DNA of 64,000 nucleotides from Thermoanaerobaculia bacterium (GCA_050186295.1 JBFWYP010000006.1:65336-129335), one strand, 5' to 3'. Counted from the stretch's first letter, positions 35,260 through 44,078 are shown. A program made the numbers and translations. The notes: generated from the letters alone by a model not told the origin.

Positions 35260-36345
35260 ATGCGCAGGAATCCGCTCGTCCTTTTCCTCTCGATCCTCGC
35301 CCTGCCGGCGCTCCTCGCGCCGTCAACCGCCGAGGCCCAGAGCTGCGTCCTCACCCGGCTCGACACGCCGGTCCTCAACGCCTTCCCGGACGTCGCGGCG
35401 TCCGAGCAGACCTGGCAGATCTCGCTCGCCTGGCGCTACGGCAAGTCGGACCGCCACTTCGTCGGCACCGAAGAGCAGAAGCAGCGGCAGGCCGAAGGCA
35501 GCGAGGTGATCAACGACGTGCATCTGGCCGATGTCGCGATCCGCCGCAACTTCGGCCCGCGCAACAGCCTCGAGCTCGGCATTCCGTATCTCATGGCGAC
35601 CCGTTCGAGCCCGATCCGCGGCGCGAACCGCGAGGTGATCGGCCGCAGCATCGGCAACTCGCGCGGCCTGGGCGACATCACGATCGTCGGACAGCACCTG
35701 CTCTGGGATCCGCAGGAACATCCGAAGTCGAACGTCGCGCTGAGCCTCGGGCTCAAGCTTCCGACCGGACAGAACAACGTCACGGACACCCGACTGCGCT
35801 GGGTCGACGGCGAGATCGTCTCTTCGGTCGAGACCATCGACCAGTCGGTGCAGCCCGGCGACGGCGGTTTCGGCCTCATCCTCGGGGTGAGCGGCTTCCA
35901 GGTCTTCGGCGAGAGCGGCAGCTGGGCGGCTTACGGTTCGGCGACCTACATCGTCGAGCCCGAGGGCACGAACGGGGTCTACACCTACCGCTCTGCCCCG
36001 GGCGAGCAGATCAACTCGATCTCCGACCAGTACGTGGCGCGCGCGGGGCTGCAGCTCTCCGGGCGCGGCTGGCACGGCTGGGCGTTCGGCCTCGGCGGGC
36101 GGATCGAAGGGATCCCGGTGCACGACCTGGTGGGTTCGAGCGACGGGTTCCGGCGGCCGGGCTACATGATCTCGGTGGAGCCGTCGGCGAGCTGGAGCCG
36201 CGGTCCGCACTCGGTCCAGATGGCGGTCCCGGTGGCCGTGGTCCGCAACCGACAGCGGAGCGTCCCCGACCTCGAGAACGGCCGGCACGGCGACGCCGCC
36301 TTTCCCGACATGATCTTTCTCGCGTCGTACAGCTACCGCTTCTAG
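35260..36345 (+). CDS. Outer-membrane beta-barrel protein (transporter-like)
   Basis: Signal peptide MRRNPLVLFLSILALPALLAPSTAEA, alternating beta-strand pattern, and a C-terminal aromatic OMP signature ...ASYSYRF. GGAGA RBS. Confidence 0.55.
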   Translation: MRRNPLVLFLSILALPALLAPSTAEAQSCVLTRLDTPVLNAFPDVAASEQTWQISLAWRYGKSDRHFVGTEEQKQRQAEGSEVINDVHLADVAIRRNFGPRNSLELGIPYLMATRSSPIRGANREVIGRSIGNSRGLGDITIVGQHLLWDPQEHPKSNVALSLGLKLPTGQNNVTDTRLRWVDGEIVSSVETIDQSVQPGDGGFGLILGVSGFQVFGESGSWAAYGSATYIVEPEGTNGVYTYRSAPGEQINSISDQYVARAGLQLSGRGWHGWAFGLGGRIEGIPVHDLVGSSDGFRRPGYMISVEPSASWSRGPHSVQMAVPVAVVRNRQRSVPDLENGRHGDAAFPDMIFLASYSYRF

Positions 36346-36372
36346 GCCGGACGGTCGAACGTCCGGCGGCGG

Positions 36373-36930
36373 TCAGTTTGCCGTTGCTTCGGTGTCGGCG
36401 CGACCGTCGTTCCCGCGCCGCGGCCGGATCGTCCGCACCCAGGGGCGGCGCAGCAGCTGCGGGTAGCTGCGATCGAGAATCTGGCGCTGGGCCGGGGTCA
36501 GCAGGCTGACGACGCCGATCATCAGCTCACCCTGCCTGCGCACCGGCGTGGCGACCGCGCGCGCGACCTCCTCGAGCGCCTGCCGTGCTGCGGCAGCCTC
36601 GCCCCTTGCGAGGTGATTGCCCATCTCGTCGTAGGACTCCGCGGGGGGCGTCGACTCGGCGAGCAGGAAGTCGCGCAGCAGACGGTCGCAGGCCTGCCGC
36701 TGCGCGGCGGTGAGCTCGAGCTCGCGGATCTTGGTCTCCTGGTTCCACCACATCCGTGCCGTCGTCCGTTCGACGAGCTGCTCGGGGCTCGCGGGCGCTC
36801 TTTTCGGAGTCGGCTTCGTCGCCGCAGGAGGTGTCGCCTGTTCGGGGGGCTTCGGCGGCTCGGCGGCGGAGAGGGGCAGTGCCGCGAGGGCGAGCAGTAC
36901 GGCGAGTGCAGCGGACGTCCTTCGGTTCAT
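36373..36930 (-). CDS. Periplasmic Spy/CpxP-family (LTXXQ motif) protein
   Basis: Signal peptide and two LTxxQ motifs (ELELTAAQRQ and LLTPAQRQIL). Confidence 0.6.
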   Translation of the reverse strand: MNRRTSAALAVLLALAALPLSAAEPPKPPEQATPPAATKPTPKRAPASPEQLVERTTARMWWNQETKIRELELTAAQRQACDRLLRDFLLAESTPPAESYDEMGNHLARGEAAAARQALEEVARAVATPVRRQGELMIGVVSLLTPAQRQILDRSYPQLLRRPWVRTIRPRRGNDGRADTEATAN

Positions 36931-37019
36931 CGGTTCTCCTGCGAAGATATGATTCGTGAGTTCGCGTCGCGTCGCCGTATGTTAGCCGTCTCCACCCGCT
37001 CCAGGAAGGATCGAACGCC

Positions 37020-39782
37020 TTGAAACGTGCCTTCGCCGTGGTCTGTGTCCTGCTCGCAGCGGGCATCGCCGCCTGGGTCGCCGTGCGGGAAAGCGCGGGC
37101 GGCGGGGCCGGTGTGGGCTCGCGCGGCCCGGGCGAGCCGATCGCGCGCCACCGGCGGTCGATCCTCCTGATCACCACCGACACCACACGGCCCGATCGTC
37201 TCGAGCCGTACGGTGCGACGAATGTCGCGACGCCGAGCCTCGAGCGTCTCGCCGAGTCCGGAATCGTCTTCGAGAACGCCTACAGCGTGGCGCCGATCAC
37301 GCTGGTCGCGCACACCAGCATCAACACCGGCCTCTATCCGTACCAGCACGGGGTCCGCAACAACGGTCTGCAGCACGTGCCGCCGTCGGTGACGACCCTC
37401 GCGGAGCGGCTCTCGGCGCGCGGGTTCCGCACCGCCGCCTTCGTCTCGGCGGCGGTGCTCGACAAGCGCTACGGGCTCGACCAGGGATTCGAGGTCTACG
37501 ACGACGATCTGTCGACCGGTCGCGACCGCTCGCCGCGCCAGGTCGCCGACCGCCCGGCCGAGGCCACGGTCGCCGCCGCGACGGAGTGGCTGGGAACGCT
37601 GAAGCCGGGCGAGCCGTTCTTCCTCTGGGTGCACTTCTACGATCCGCACGCCGCTTACTCGCCGCCGCCGCCGTTCCGCGACGACTATCGGGAGCGGCTC
37701 TACGACGGCGAGATCGCCTACATGGATTCGCAGATCGGGATGCTGCTCAAGCACCCCGCCCTGCGCAACGACGACGTAGCGACCCTGGTCGTCGGAGATC
37801 ACGGCGAGAGCCTCGGCGAGCACGGCGAGTCGACCCACGCGATCCTGCTCTACGACAGCACCGTCCACGTGCCGATGATCCTGCGGATCCCCGGCGGGCC
37901 GCGCGGTCTCCGGATCACGGAGAACGTCGGCCAGGTGGACATCGTCCCGACGCTGCTCTCGCTGATCGACGTACCTGGAGGCGAGGAGCTTGCGGGCCGC
38001 GATCTCCTGCCCCTGCTCGAGGGGCGCGGCGGCGACGAGGCGCGCACCTACTATTCGGAGACCTATCTGCCGTACTACACCTACGGCTGGGCCAAGTTGA
38101 AGGCGGTCCACTCGGGTCGGCAGAAGTACATCGAGGCGCCGACCGAGGAGCTGTTCGACCTCCACCGCGACCCGCGCGAGCTGACCAACATCGCGACGCA
38201 GCAGCCGGGCTCGCTGCACGACCTCCAGCGCGACCTGAAGGGGATGCTCTCGTCGGTCGAGGATCCGGAGGCGGAGACCGACCTGAGCCTCGATCGCGAG
38301 GCCGCCGAGCAGCTCCGCAGTCTGGGCTATCTCGCGGTCGGTTCGGCGCCCCGCCAGGTCGCGAACCGGCCGAATCCGAAGGATCTCATCGACCTGCACG
38401 TGAGTCTCGAACGGGCGCGGGTGCTCGCGCAGGACCGGCTCTTCGAGCAGGCGGAGGCGGAACTGCAGAAGGTCTTGCGCCGCGATCCGGAGAATCTCGC
38501 GGCGATGATCGATCTGATCGGTGTCTATCAGGGGATGGACCGGCTCGACGACGCCCTGAGGATCGCCGAGCGCGGCCTGTCGCTCGACCCGAACTACGCC
38601 CGGCTCCACCTCCTGCTCTCCAACATCGAGCTCCGCCGGGGATACCCGGAGAAGGCTCTCGAGCTGCTCGACGCGCGCGCGAAAAAGGACGAAGACGATC
38701 CGGACATGGCGGCGCAGCGGGCGTTGGTGCTGCTGCGTCTCGGCCGCCAGGACGAGCTCCGCGCGACGCTCGAGGCGGCGCTCGAGAAGTCGCCGGAGCA
38801 TGCGCGGCTCAACATTCTCCAGGCGCAGTTCGTCGAAGCGCGTTCCGGCGAGCTCGACCGCGCCGTGGCGCGGCTCAGGAGCCTCCTCGCCCGCGACCCG
38901 TTCCAGGCGCAGGCCTGGGGGGTGCTCGGTCGGCTCGAAGAGCAGCGCCGACGGTTCGACGAGGCGGTCGCGGCCTATCGCTCCGGCCTCGAGCGTTCTC
39001 CCGACGACGGCGAGCTCCACGGGAGCCTGGGGCTCCTCCTGGCGCGGCGCGGCGAGCGGGTCGAAGCGGAGTCGCAGCTGCGCGAGGCCGTGCGGCTCGC
39101 GAACGGCTTCCGCGCCGAGCTCCACGTCAGTCTCGGAGCGCTGCTCGCCGAGTCGGGGCGGTACCAGGAGGCGAAGCAGGAGTACGAGAAGGTTCTCGCC
39201 GTCGAGCCGGCGAACGCCGGCGCGCGCAACAATCTCGCGATCGCCCGCTTCCGCGCCGGGGACGCGGAGGGCGCCCGTGCGGACCTTCTGCGGCTCACTT
39301 CGGAGTTCCCGCGCCACGCCGATGCCTTCAACAACCTGGCGGCGATCGCCGTGGAGCGGGGGGAGTGGAAAGAGGCCGAGCGCTATGCCCGGAGGACTCT
39401 GGAGCTCGCGCCGGAGCTCACCGAGGCCTGGAACAATCTCGGCGTGGCGCTCGAGCAGGAGGACGATCTCGCGGGTGGCCGCCGGGCCTACGAGAAGGCG
39501 CTGGCGCTCGATCCGGAGTACTGGCAGGCGCGCCTCAATCTGGGGATTCTCCTGCGCAAGTCCGGCAGGTCCGAGGATGCGCTGCGCGAGATCGAGGCGG
39601 TGCTCGCCGTGGCGCCGCAGCAGCCCGACGTCCACTACGAGCTCGGAGCGCTCTATGCCGGGCCGCTGCACGATCCGGCGCGGGCGCGGACACACTGGAA
39701 CGCCTTTCTCCGCTACAGCCCCCCGGGTCACCCGCAGCGCGCAGAGGTGCGGCAGAAGATCCTCGACCTTCCACCCGGCTGA
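37020..39782 (+). CDS. Sulfatase (alkaline-phosphatase superfamily) domain fused to multi-TPR repeat domain
   Basis: The N-terminal sulfatase blocks are ILLITTDTTRPDRL and GDHGESLGEHG. The C-terminal ~450 aa hold repeated TPR-like 34-aa units (A..Y..AL..DP...A..NLG...). TTG start at 37020 with an AGGAAGGA RBS. Confidence 0.75.
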   Translation: MKRAFAVVCVLLAAGIAAWVAVRESAGGGAGVGSRGPGEPIARHRRSILLITTDTTRPDRLEPYGATNVATPSLERLAESGIVFENAYSVAPITLVAHTSINTGLYPYQHGVRNNGLQHVPPSVTTLAERLSARGFRTAAFVSAAVLDKRYGLDQGFEVYDDDLSTGRDRSPRQVADRPAEATVAAATEWLGTLKPGEPFFLWVHFYDPHAAYSPPPPFRDDYRERLYDGEIAYMDSQIGMLLKHPALRNDDVATLVVGDHGESLGEHGESTHAILLYDSTVHVPMILRIPGGPRGLRITENVGQVDIVPTLLSLIDVPGGEELAGRDLLPLLEGRGGDEARTYYSETYLPYYTYGWAKLKAVHSGRQKYIEAPTEELFDLHRDPRELTNIATQQPGSLHDLQRDLKGMLSSVEDPEAETDLSLDREAAEQLRSLGYLAVGSAPRQVANRPNPKDLIDLHVSLERARVLAQDRLFEQAEAELQKVLRRDPENLAAMIDLIGVYQGMDRLDDALRIAERGLSLDPNYARLHLLLSNIELRRGYPEKALELLDARAKKDEDDPDMAAQRALVLLRLGRQDELRATLEAALEKSPEHARLNILQAQFVEARSGELDRAVARLRSLLARDPFQAQAWGVLGRLEEQRRRFDEAVAAYRSGLERSPDDGELHGSLGLLLARRGERVEAESQLREAVRLANGFRAELHVSLGALLAESGRYQEAKQEYEKVLAVEPANAGARNNLAIARFRAGDAEGARADLLRLTSEFPRHADAFNNLAAIAVERGEWKEAERYARRTLELAPELTEAWNNLGVALEQEDDLAGGRRAYEKALALDPEYWQARLNLGILLRKSGRSEDALREIEAVLAVAPQQPDVHYELGALYAGPLHDPARARTHWNAFLRYSPPGHPQRAEVRQKILDLPPG

Positions 39783-39927
39783 TCCGCCGGAATCAGGGGG
39801 CTGTTTCCCCGCGCGGCGGGCGCATTTGACAGAAGTCGCGCGGGCGATGGAAGATGGGGGGAACGCATCGTTCAATCAAGAACCGCCCGATCGGTCCGGG
39901 CGTCTGACGTACGAGGGGGGAATTCCA

Positions 39928-40599
39928 TTGAGCCTGAAACTCCGCACGACGACGGTCGTACTCTTCGCCGCCCTGGTCCTGGTGCTCCCGATGAGCTCGT
40001 TCGCGAGCCACGTCGCGGGCGTGAAGGCGACTGTGACCAACGCCGACCCGAACACGCTCCAGGTCGATCTCGACCTCACGGAGTATTACGACGGCAGCTC
40101 GATCCCCTACTCCACGGCCTACATCGGCTACAGTGCGGTTTATCCCACGTTCTACCGCCCGGCGATCGACTGGGGTGACGGTTCGTACCTGTCGCCGCAG
40201 TCCTACCCCAACGGGATCCCGATCGTCGCGACGAGCACCCCGATTTCCGGCTTCCCCGGGACGTACCACATCTATCGTGGGAGCTTCTCGCACACCTACC
40301 CGGCCCAGGGCAACTACAACATCACGGTGAGCTCGACCTGCTGCGGCGGCGTCACCAGCTCCAACGTCACGATCACGGGCAACCCGGTCATCGTTACGGT
40401 CACGCAAGGGGTAGTTCAGGGCCGGGGTCAGGGGACCTACTTCGTCCTCAACTTCACCAACCAGGCGCAGGCGAACCTCGTCGACGCCGGCGGCGGCGAA
40501 GAGAGCATTCTCGCCATTCCGACCCTCTCCGCGACGAGCCTCCTGATGCTCGCGGGCGCGCTGGCCTTCGCCGGGCTGCTGCTCCTGCGCCGCTCCTGA
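39928..40599 (+). CDS. Secreted protein with IPTL-type C-terminal protein-sorting signal (motif + TM + basic tail)
   Basis: Signal peptide (TTG)SLKLRTTTVVLFAALVLVLPMSSFAS. The C-terminus AIPTLSATSLLMLAGALAFAGLLLLRRS is tripartite. RBS GAGGGGGG 8 nt upstream. An alternative ATG start lies at 39847. Confidence 0.55.
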   Translation: MSLKLRTTTVVLFAALVLVLPMSSFASHVAGVKATVTNADPNTLQVDLDLTEYYDGSSIPYSTAYIGYSAVYPTFYRPAIDWGDGSYLSPQSYPNGIPIVATSTPISGFPGTYHIYRGSFSHTYPAQGNYNITVSSTCCGGVTSSNVTITGNPVIVTVTQGVVQGRGQGTYFVLNFTNQAQANLVDAGGGEESILAIPTLSATSLLMLAGALAFAGLLLLRRS

Positions 40600-40622
40600 C
40601 GCACATCGATTCCCCCCGATCG

Positions 40623-40659
40623 ACGGGCGACGCGGCGACGCGTCGCCCGTTTTCGTTTT
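40623..40659 (+). terminator. Rho-independent terminator (12-bp GC stem, GCGA loop, U-tract)
   Basis: ACGGGCGACGCG-gcga-CGCGTCGCCCGT followed by TTTCGTTTT, read directly. It lies 24 nt after the stop of the IPTL-type gene. Confidence 0.55.
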
Positions 40660-40684
40660 CGGAAAGACGCTGCGGAGTGCGGTG

Positions 40685-41686
40685 TCAGAAAGGCGTTGCG
40701 CCCGTGGAGTCCGGCGTGCGCCGGATGGCGAGCAGCGTCAGGTCGTCCGAGCGCCGACCGCCGGCGAGGAAGGCATCGACATCGTCACGGCAGGCGGCGA
40801 GGAGCTCCTCGAGCGGCAGGTGCGCCGCACGGCGCAGGGCGGCGGCGGCGCGCCCGATGCCGTACTCCTCCTCGCCTTTCGCCGCCTCGGTCCAGCCGTC
40901 GGAGTAGAGAAGGAGCGTCTCTCCGGGCTGCACGGAGAGCTCGTGCGCGGCATAGGTCGAATCGCCGAAGAGACCGAGCGGCAGGCCGGCCCCCTCGATC
41001 GGCCGGACGCCGCGGGCGTCGGCGAAGAGCGGCCGCGGGTGGCCGGCGTTGGCGAGCGCCAGCCGGCCGCCGTCGCCGAGCGCGAGGGCGGTGAGTGTCG
41101 CGTACGAAGCCGAACCGGTGGCGTCCGCGAAGAGCCGGTTGGCGCGGCGAACGAGCTCCGGCAGGGCGAGCTGCGCGCCGCTGAGCGCGTGGAAGAGGGC
41201 GTGGAGGTTCGACTGCAGGAACGAGGCTCCGACCCCCTTGCCGACGACGTCGCCGAGGATGAGGTGCAGGGGCTCGCCGCTCGCCTGCGGGCGGAGGACG
41301 TCGACGTGATCGCCCGAGACCGCGCCGTGCGGCTCCCAGAGATAGGCGATCTCCCATTCGCAGTGCCGGACGCGACGCTCGGGGAGGAGCCGGCGCTGAA
41401 TCTGCGCCGCCGCCTCGAGGTCCCGCTCCAGGGCGTGCCGGGCCTCCTCCGACAGACATTCGATGCAGACCCGGAGCAGCGGGTCGGCCGCCATGCGACG
41501 GCGCGAGATCGGCTCCTGGCACTCCTCGCAGACGCCCCATTCGCCGATCTCCATCGCGGCGAGCGCCGCGTCGACGCGGCGCATCAGCTCGACCAGACGC
41601 TCCTCGGGGCGCTCGCGGGTGAGCTCGGCGAGGCGGTCGCGCCGCGCCGTCAGTCGCTCGCGGACGACCTCCTCTTCCCGTGTCAT
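40685..41686 (-). CDS. DksA/TraR-type C4 zinc-finger domain fused to PP2C (SpoIIE/RsbU-type) Ser/Thr phosphatase
   Basis: The N-terminal coiled coil plus C-x2-C-x17-C-x2-C (CEEC...CIEC) matches the DksA/TraR signature. The C-terminal PP2C motifs are GDVVGKGVGASFL, LLYSDGWTEA and DDLTLLAI. Start trimmed to the ATG at 41686, which overlaps the upstream stop (ATGA). Confidence 0.7.
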   Translation of the reverse strand: MTREEEVVRERLTARRDRLAELTRERPEERLVELMRRVDAALAAMEIGEWGVCEECQEPISRRRMAADPLLRVCIECLSEEARHALERDLEAAAQIQRRLLPERRVRHCEWEIAYLWEPHGAVSGDHVDVLRPQASGEPLHLILGDVVGKGVGASFLQSNLHALFHALSGAQLALPELVRRANRLFADATGSASYATLTALALGDGGRLALANAGHPRPLFADARGVRPIEGAGLPLGLFGDSTYAAHELSVQPGETLLLYSDGWTEAAKGEEEYGIGRAAAALRRAAHLPLEELLAACRDDVDAFLAGGRRSDDLTLLAIRRTPDSTGATPF

Positions 41687-42162
41687 CCGGCGGCTCCGGC
41701 TCGCGCCAGCAGCACGATCTGGCCGGAGTGATAGGCGTTGTGCTGCAGCACGCCGAGCAGCATCCCCCGCAGCGTCGGGTCGGAACCGGCGACCGTGTCC
41801 TCCAGACGCTCGGCATCGAGGGCGCGCACGTCGGCGTGGAGTCCGCGATGGGCGGTCTCGAGATCCGCGAGCAGATCGCTCCAGGCTTCGTCGCTCCCGT
41901 CGTCGGGCCGGTGCCAACCGTCCTCCGAGGGAGCCTCCTGCTTGCCGGCGATCCGGCGGCGCGTCTCCTCGAGCCAGAAGGTGAGATGGGAAACGATCTC
42001 GAAGATGTTGTGCGAGCCCGGGATCGGGCGCCGGCGTGCGGTCGCGGCGTCGACTCCGTCGAGGGTCTCGCCGAGCGCCGGGCCGTGCCAGGCGCCGCCG
42101 CGGAACGAACGTTCGAGCTGATCGGCAAACCGTTCCGTGTCGGACTGCGCCAGCGATCTCAT
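41683..42162 (-). CDS. DinB/YfiT-like (DinB_2 family) protein
   Basis: A ~159-aa four-helix-bundle family with a conserved His triad (HNIFEIVSHL...HNAYHSGQ). It is translationally coupled to the downstream ZnF::PP2C gene. Confidence 0.6.
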   Translation of the reverse strand: MRSLAQSDTERFADQLERSFRGGAWHGPALGETLDGVDAATARRRPIPGSHNIFEIVSHLTFWLEETRRRIAGKQEAPSEDGWHRPDDGSDEAWSDLLADLETAHRGLHADVRALDAERLEDTVAGSDPTLRGMLLGVLQHNAYHSGQIVLLARAGAAG

Positions 42163-42390
42163 GGCTCTCCTCCCTGCGCCGGGGCGCGAGCGACCTGCTG
42201 CGGAGACCGGGCCGGGGACCTCGTGATCCGGTTCAGGGAGTCATAACCGGCCCGGTCGCCGGGCGATTCCACCCGCCCGTTCCACCGCTTGACTGTCGCG
42301 GCGGATCCTAGGATAGCGTCCCGGAACGAACCAGGAGTTGGAAGTTGGGAACTCGGGAGATCTGTCCGTACGGAGATCCGCGACGCGACC

Positions 42391-43449
42391 ATGCGCCTCT
42401 CGTACCTGCGATTCTCGCCGCTGCTCCTCGCCTTGATGGCGAGCGCAGCGCAGGCTGTGGAGCCGCCGCCGGAGCGGCTGTCGGCCACCGGCCTCTACGC
42501 CGACATCACCACCAAGCGCGTGGCCGAAGGTCTGGTCGGCTTCACTCCGCAGTATCCGCTGTGGACCGACGGCGCGACGAAGCGGCGCTGGATCTACCTG
42601 CCGCCGGGCACGTTCGTCGACGCCTCCGATCCGGACGCCTGGCAGTTTCCGGTCGGAACCCGGGTCTGGAAGGAGTTCGCCTTCGAGCGGCGTGTCGAAA
42701 CGCGAATGATCGAGCTCGCCGATTCCGGCTGGCGGTTCGTCTCGTATCGCTGGTTGCCGGACGGCAGCGACGCCGTGCTCGCGGCCGAGTTCGGGGAGCG
42801 CGGCGTCTACACCGTGGCGCCGGGTGTCCGGTACGACCTGCCGAGCCGCTACGACTGCCGCGCCTGTCACGAGGGCAACGTCTCGCGCCTGCTCGGCTTC
42901 ACCGCGCTCCAGCTGTCGAGCGATCGCGACCCGGCTGCGATCCACGGCGGTGCGCCGAACGAAGGCGATCTCGATCTCGCGGCCCTGGTCGCCCGCGGGC
43001 TGGTGCGGAACCTTTCCCCAGCGCTCGTCGCGGCGCCGCCGCGCATTCCGGCACGGACGCCGCTCGAACGCACGGCGCTGGGGTATCTCGTCGGCAACTG
43101 CGCCAACTGCCACAACGATCGCGGCGCCCTGGCCGACCTCGGCTTCTCGCTCGAGGTGCGCGTCGCTCCGGACAGCGACCCGGTGCCGGGAGCGATCCGG
43201 ACCGGCTTCGGTCAGCCGGCGCACTATCAGCCGGCCGGTGAGCCGGCGCACCTGCGATTCGCCGCCGGCGAGCCCGAGGAAAGTGCGGTCTGGCGGCGGG
43301 TTTCGAGCCGCGTCGCCGTGACGCAGATGCCGCCGCTCGGCACGAAGCTCGTCGACCGCGAGGCCGTCGAGCTCCTGGAACGATGGATCCGCAGCGCTTC
43401 GTCCGTGGAGGGCGAAGTTTCGAAGTCGTCCGAAAAGGAGATGCGATGA
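42391..43449 (+). CDS. Secreted c-type cytochrome-like protein with two CxxCH motifs
   Basis: Signal peptide MRLSYLRFSPLLLALMASAAQA, with CRACH and CANCH heme-binding motifs. The N-terminal ~150 aa lack heme motifs (unknown domain). Confidence 0.5.
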   Translation: MRLSYLRFSPLLLALMASAAQAVEPPPERLSATGLYADITTKRVAEGLVGFTPQYPLWTDGATKRRWIYLPPGTFVDASDPDAWQFPVGTRVWKEFAFERRVETRMIELADSGWRFVSYRWLPDGSDAVLAAEFGERGVYTVAPGVRYDLPSRYDCRACHEGNVSRLLGFTALQLSSDRDPAAIHGGAPNEGDLDLAALVARGLVRNLSPALVAAPPRIPARTPLERTALGYLVGNCANCHNDRGALADLGFSLEVRVAPDSDPVPGAIRTGFGQPAHYQPAGEPAHLRFAAGEPEESAVWRRVSSRVAVTQMPPLGTKLVDREAVELLERWIRSASSVEGEVSKSSEKEMR

Positions 43450-44078
43450 GAGGGAGAATGTCGTTTTCGGGGGTTGTCGTGTGGGTGATTGCCGCGGGTT
43501 CGCTGGCGCCGCTCCTGGCGCAGGGGGAGGCGCCCCCGCTGCCGCCGCCGCTCTCGGAGGCCGCGCTCGCCGCGGCCACGTCGCGCGCCAACCCGGTCGC
43601 TCGCGGTGAGTTCCTGGTCCGCATGGGCAGCTGCAACGACTGCCACACGCCGACCAAGATGGGGCCGAACGGCCCCGAGACCGACTACTCGCGTCTGCTC
43701 TCCGGCCATCCCGAGGCGGCGGGCGTGCCGCCGTACGTGCAGTTTCCGGAAGGGAGCCCCTGGATGGCCGCCTTCTCCGGCACCTTCACCGCCATCTCGG
43801 GTCCGTGGGGAATCTCGTTCACACGCAACCTGACGCCCGACAAGGAGACCGGTCTCGGCTCCTGGACGGCCGACGAATTCGTCGCCACGATCAAGAGCGG
43901 GAGAAAGCAGGGGCGCGGACGCGAGCTCCTGCCGCCGATGCCGTGGCCGCAGTGCATGGCGCTCTCCGAGGAGGATCTGAGGGCGATCTTCGCCTACCTG
44001 CAGTCGATCCCGGCGATCAAGAACAAGGTCCCGGATCCGGTTCCCCCCCCGGCTCCGCCCGCCGCGCCGGCGCACTGA
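43446..44078 (+). CDS. Monoheme cytochrome c family protein
   Basis: Signal peptide and a single CNDCH motif. AAGGAG RBS 5 nt upstream. The start overlaps the upstream stop (ATGA). Confidence 0.6.
   Translation: MRGRMSFSGVVVWVIAAGSLAPLLAQGEAPPLPPPLSEAALAAATSRANPVARGEFLVRMGSCNDCHTPTKMGPNGPETDYSRLLSGHPEAAGVPPYVQFPEGSPWMAAFSGTFTAISGPWGISFTRNLTPDKETGLGSWTADEFVATIKSGRKQGRGRELLPPMPWPQCMALSEEDLRAIFAYLQSIPAIKNKVPDPVPPPAPPAAPAH

Noticed and set aside
39826-39855. TTGACA hexamer upstream of the IPTL-type gene, and TTGACT at 42289-42294 upstream of the cytochrome gene, as sigma70 promoters
   Set aside because: The -35 hexamers are good, but no convincing -10 element lies at 16-18 bp spacing in either case. 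I left them as low-confidence observations and did not list them as features.
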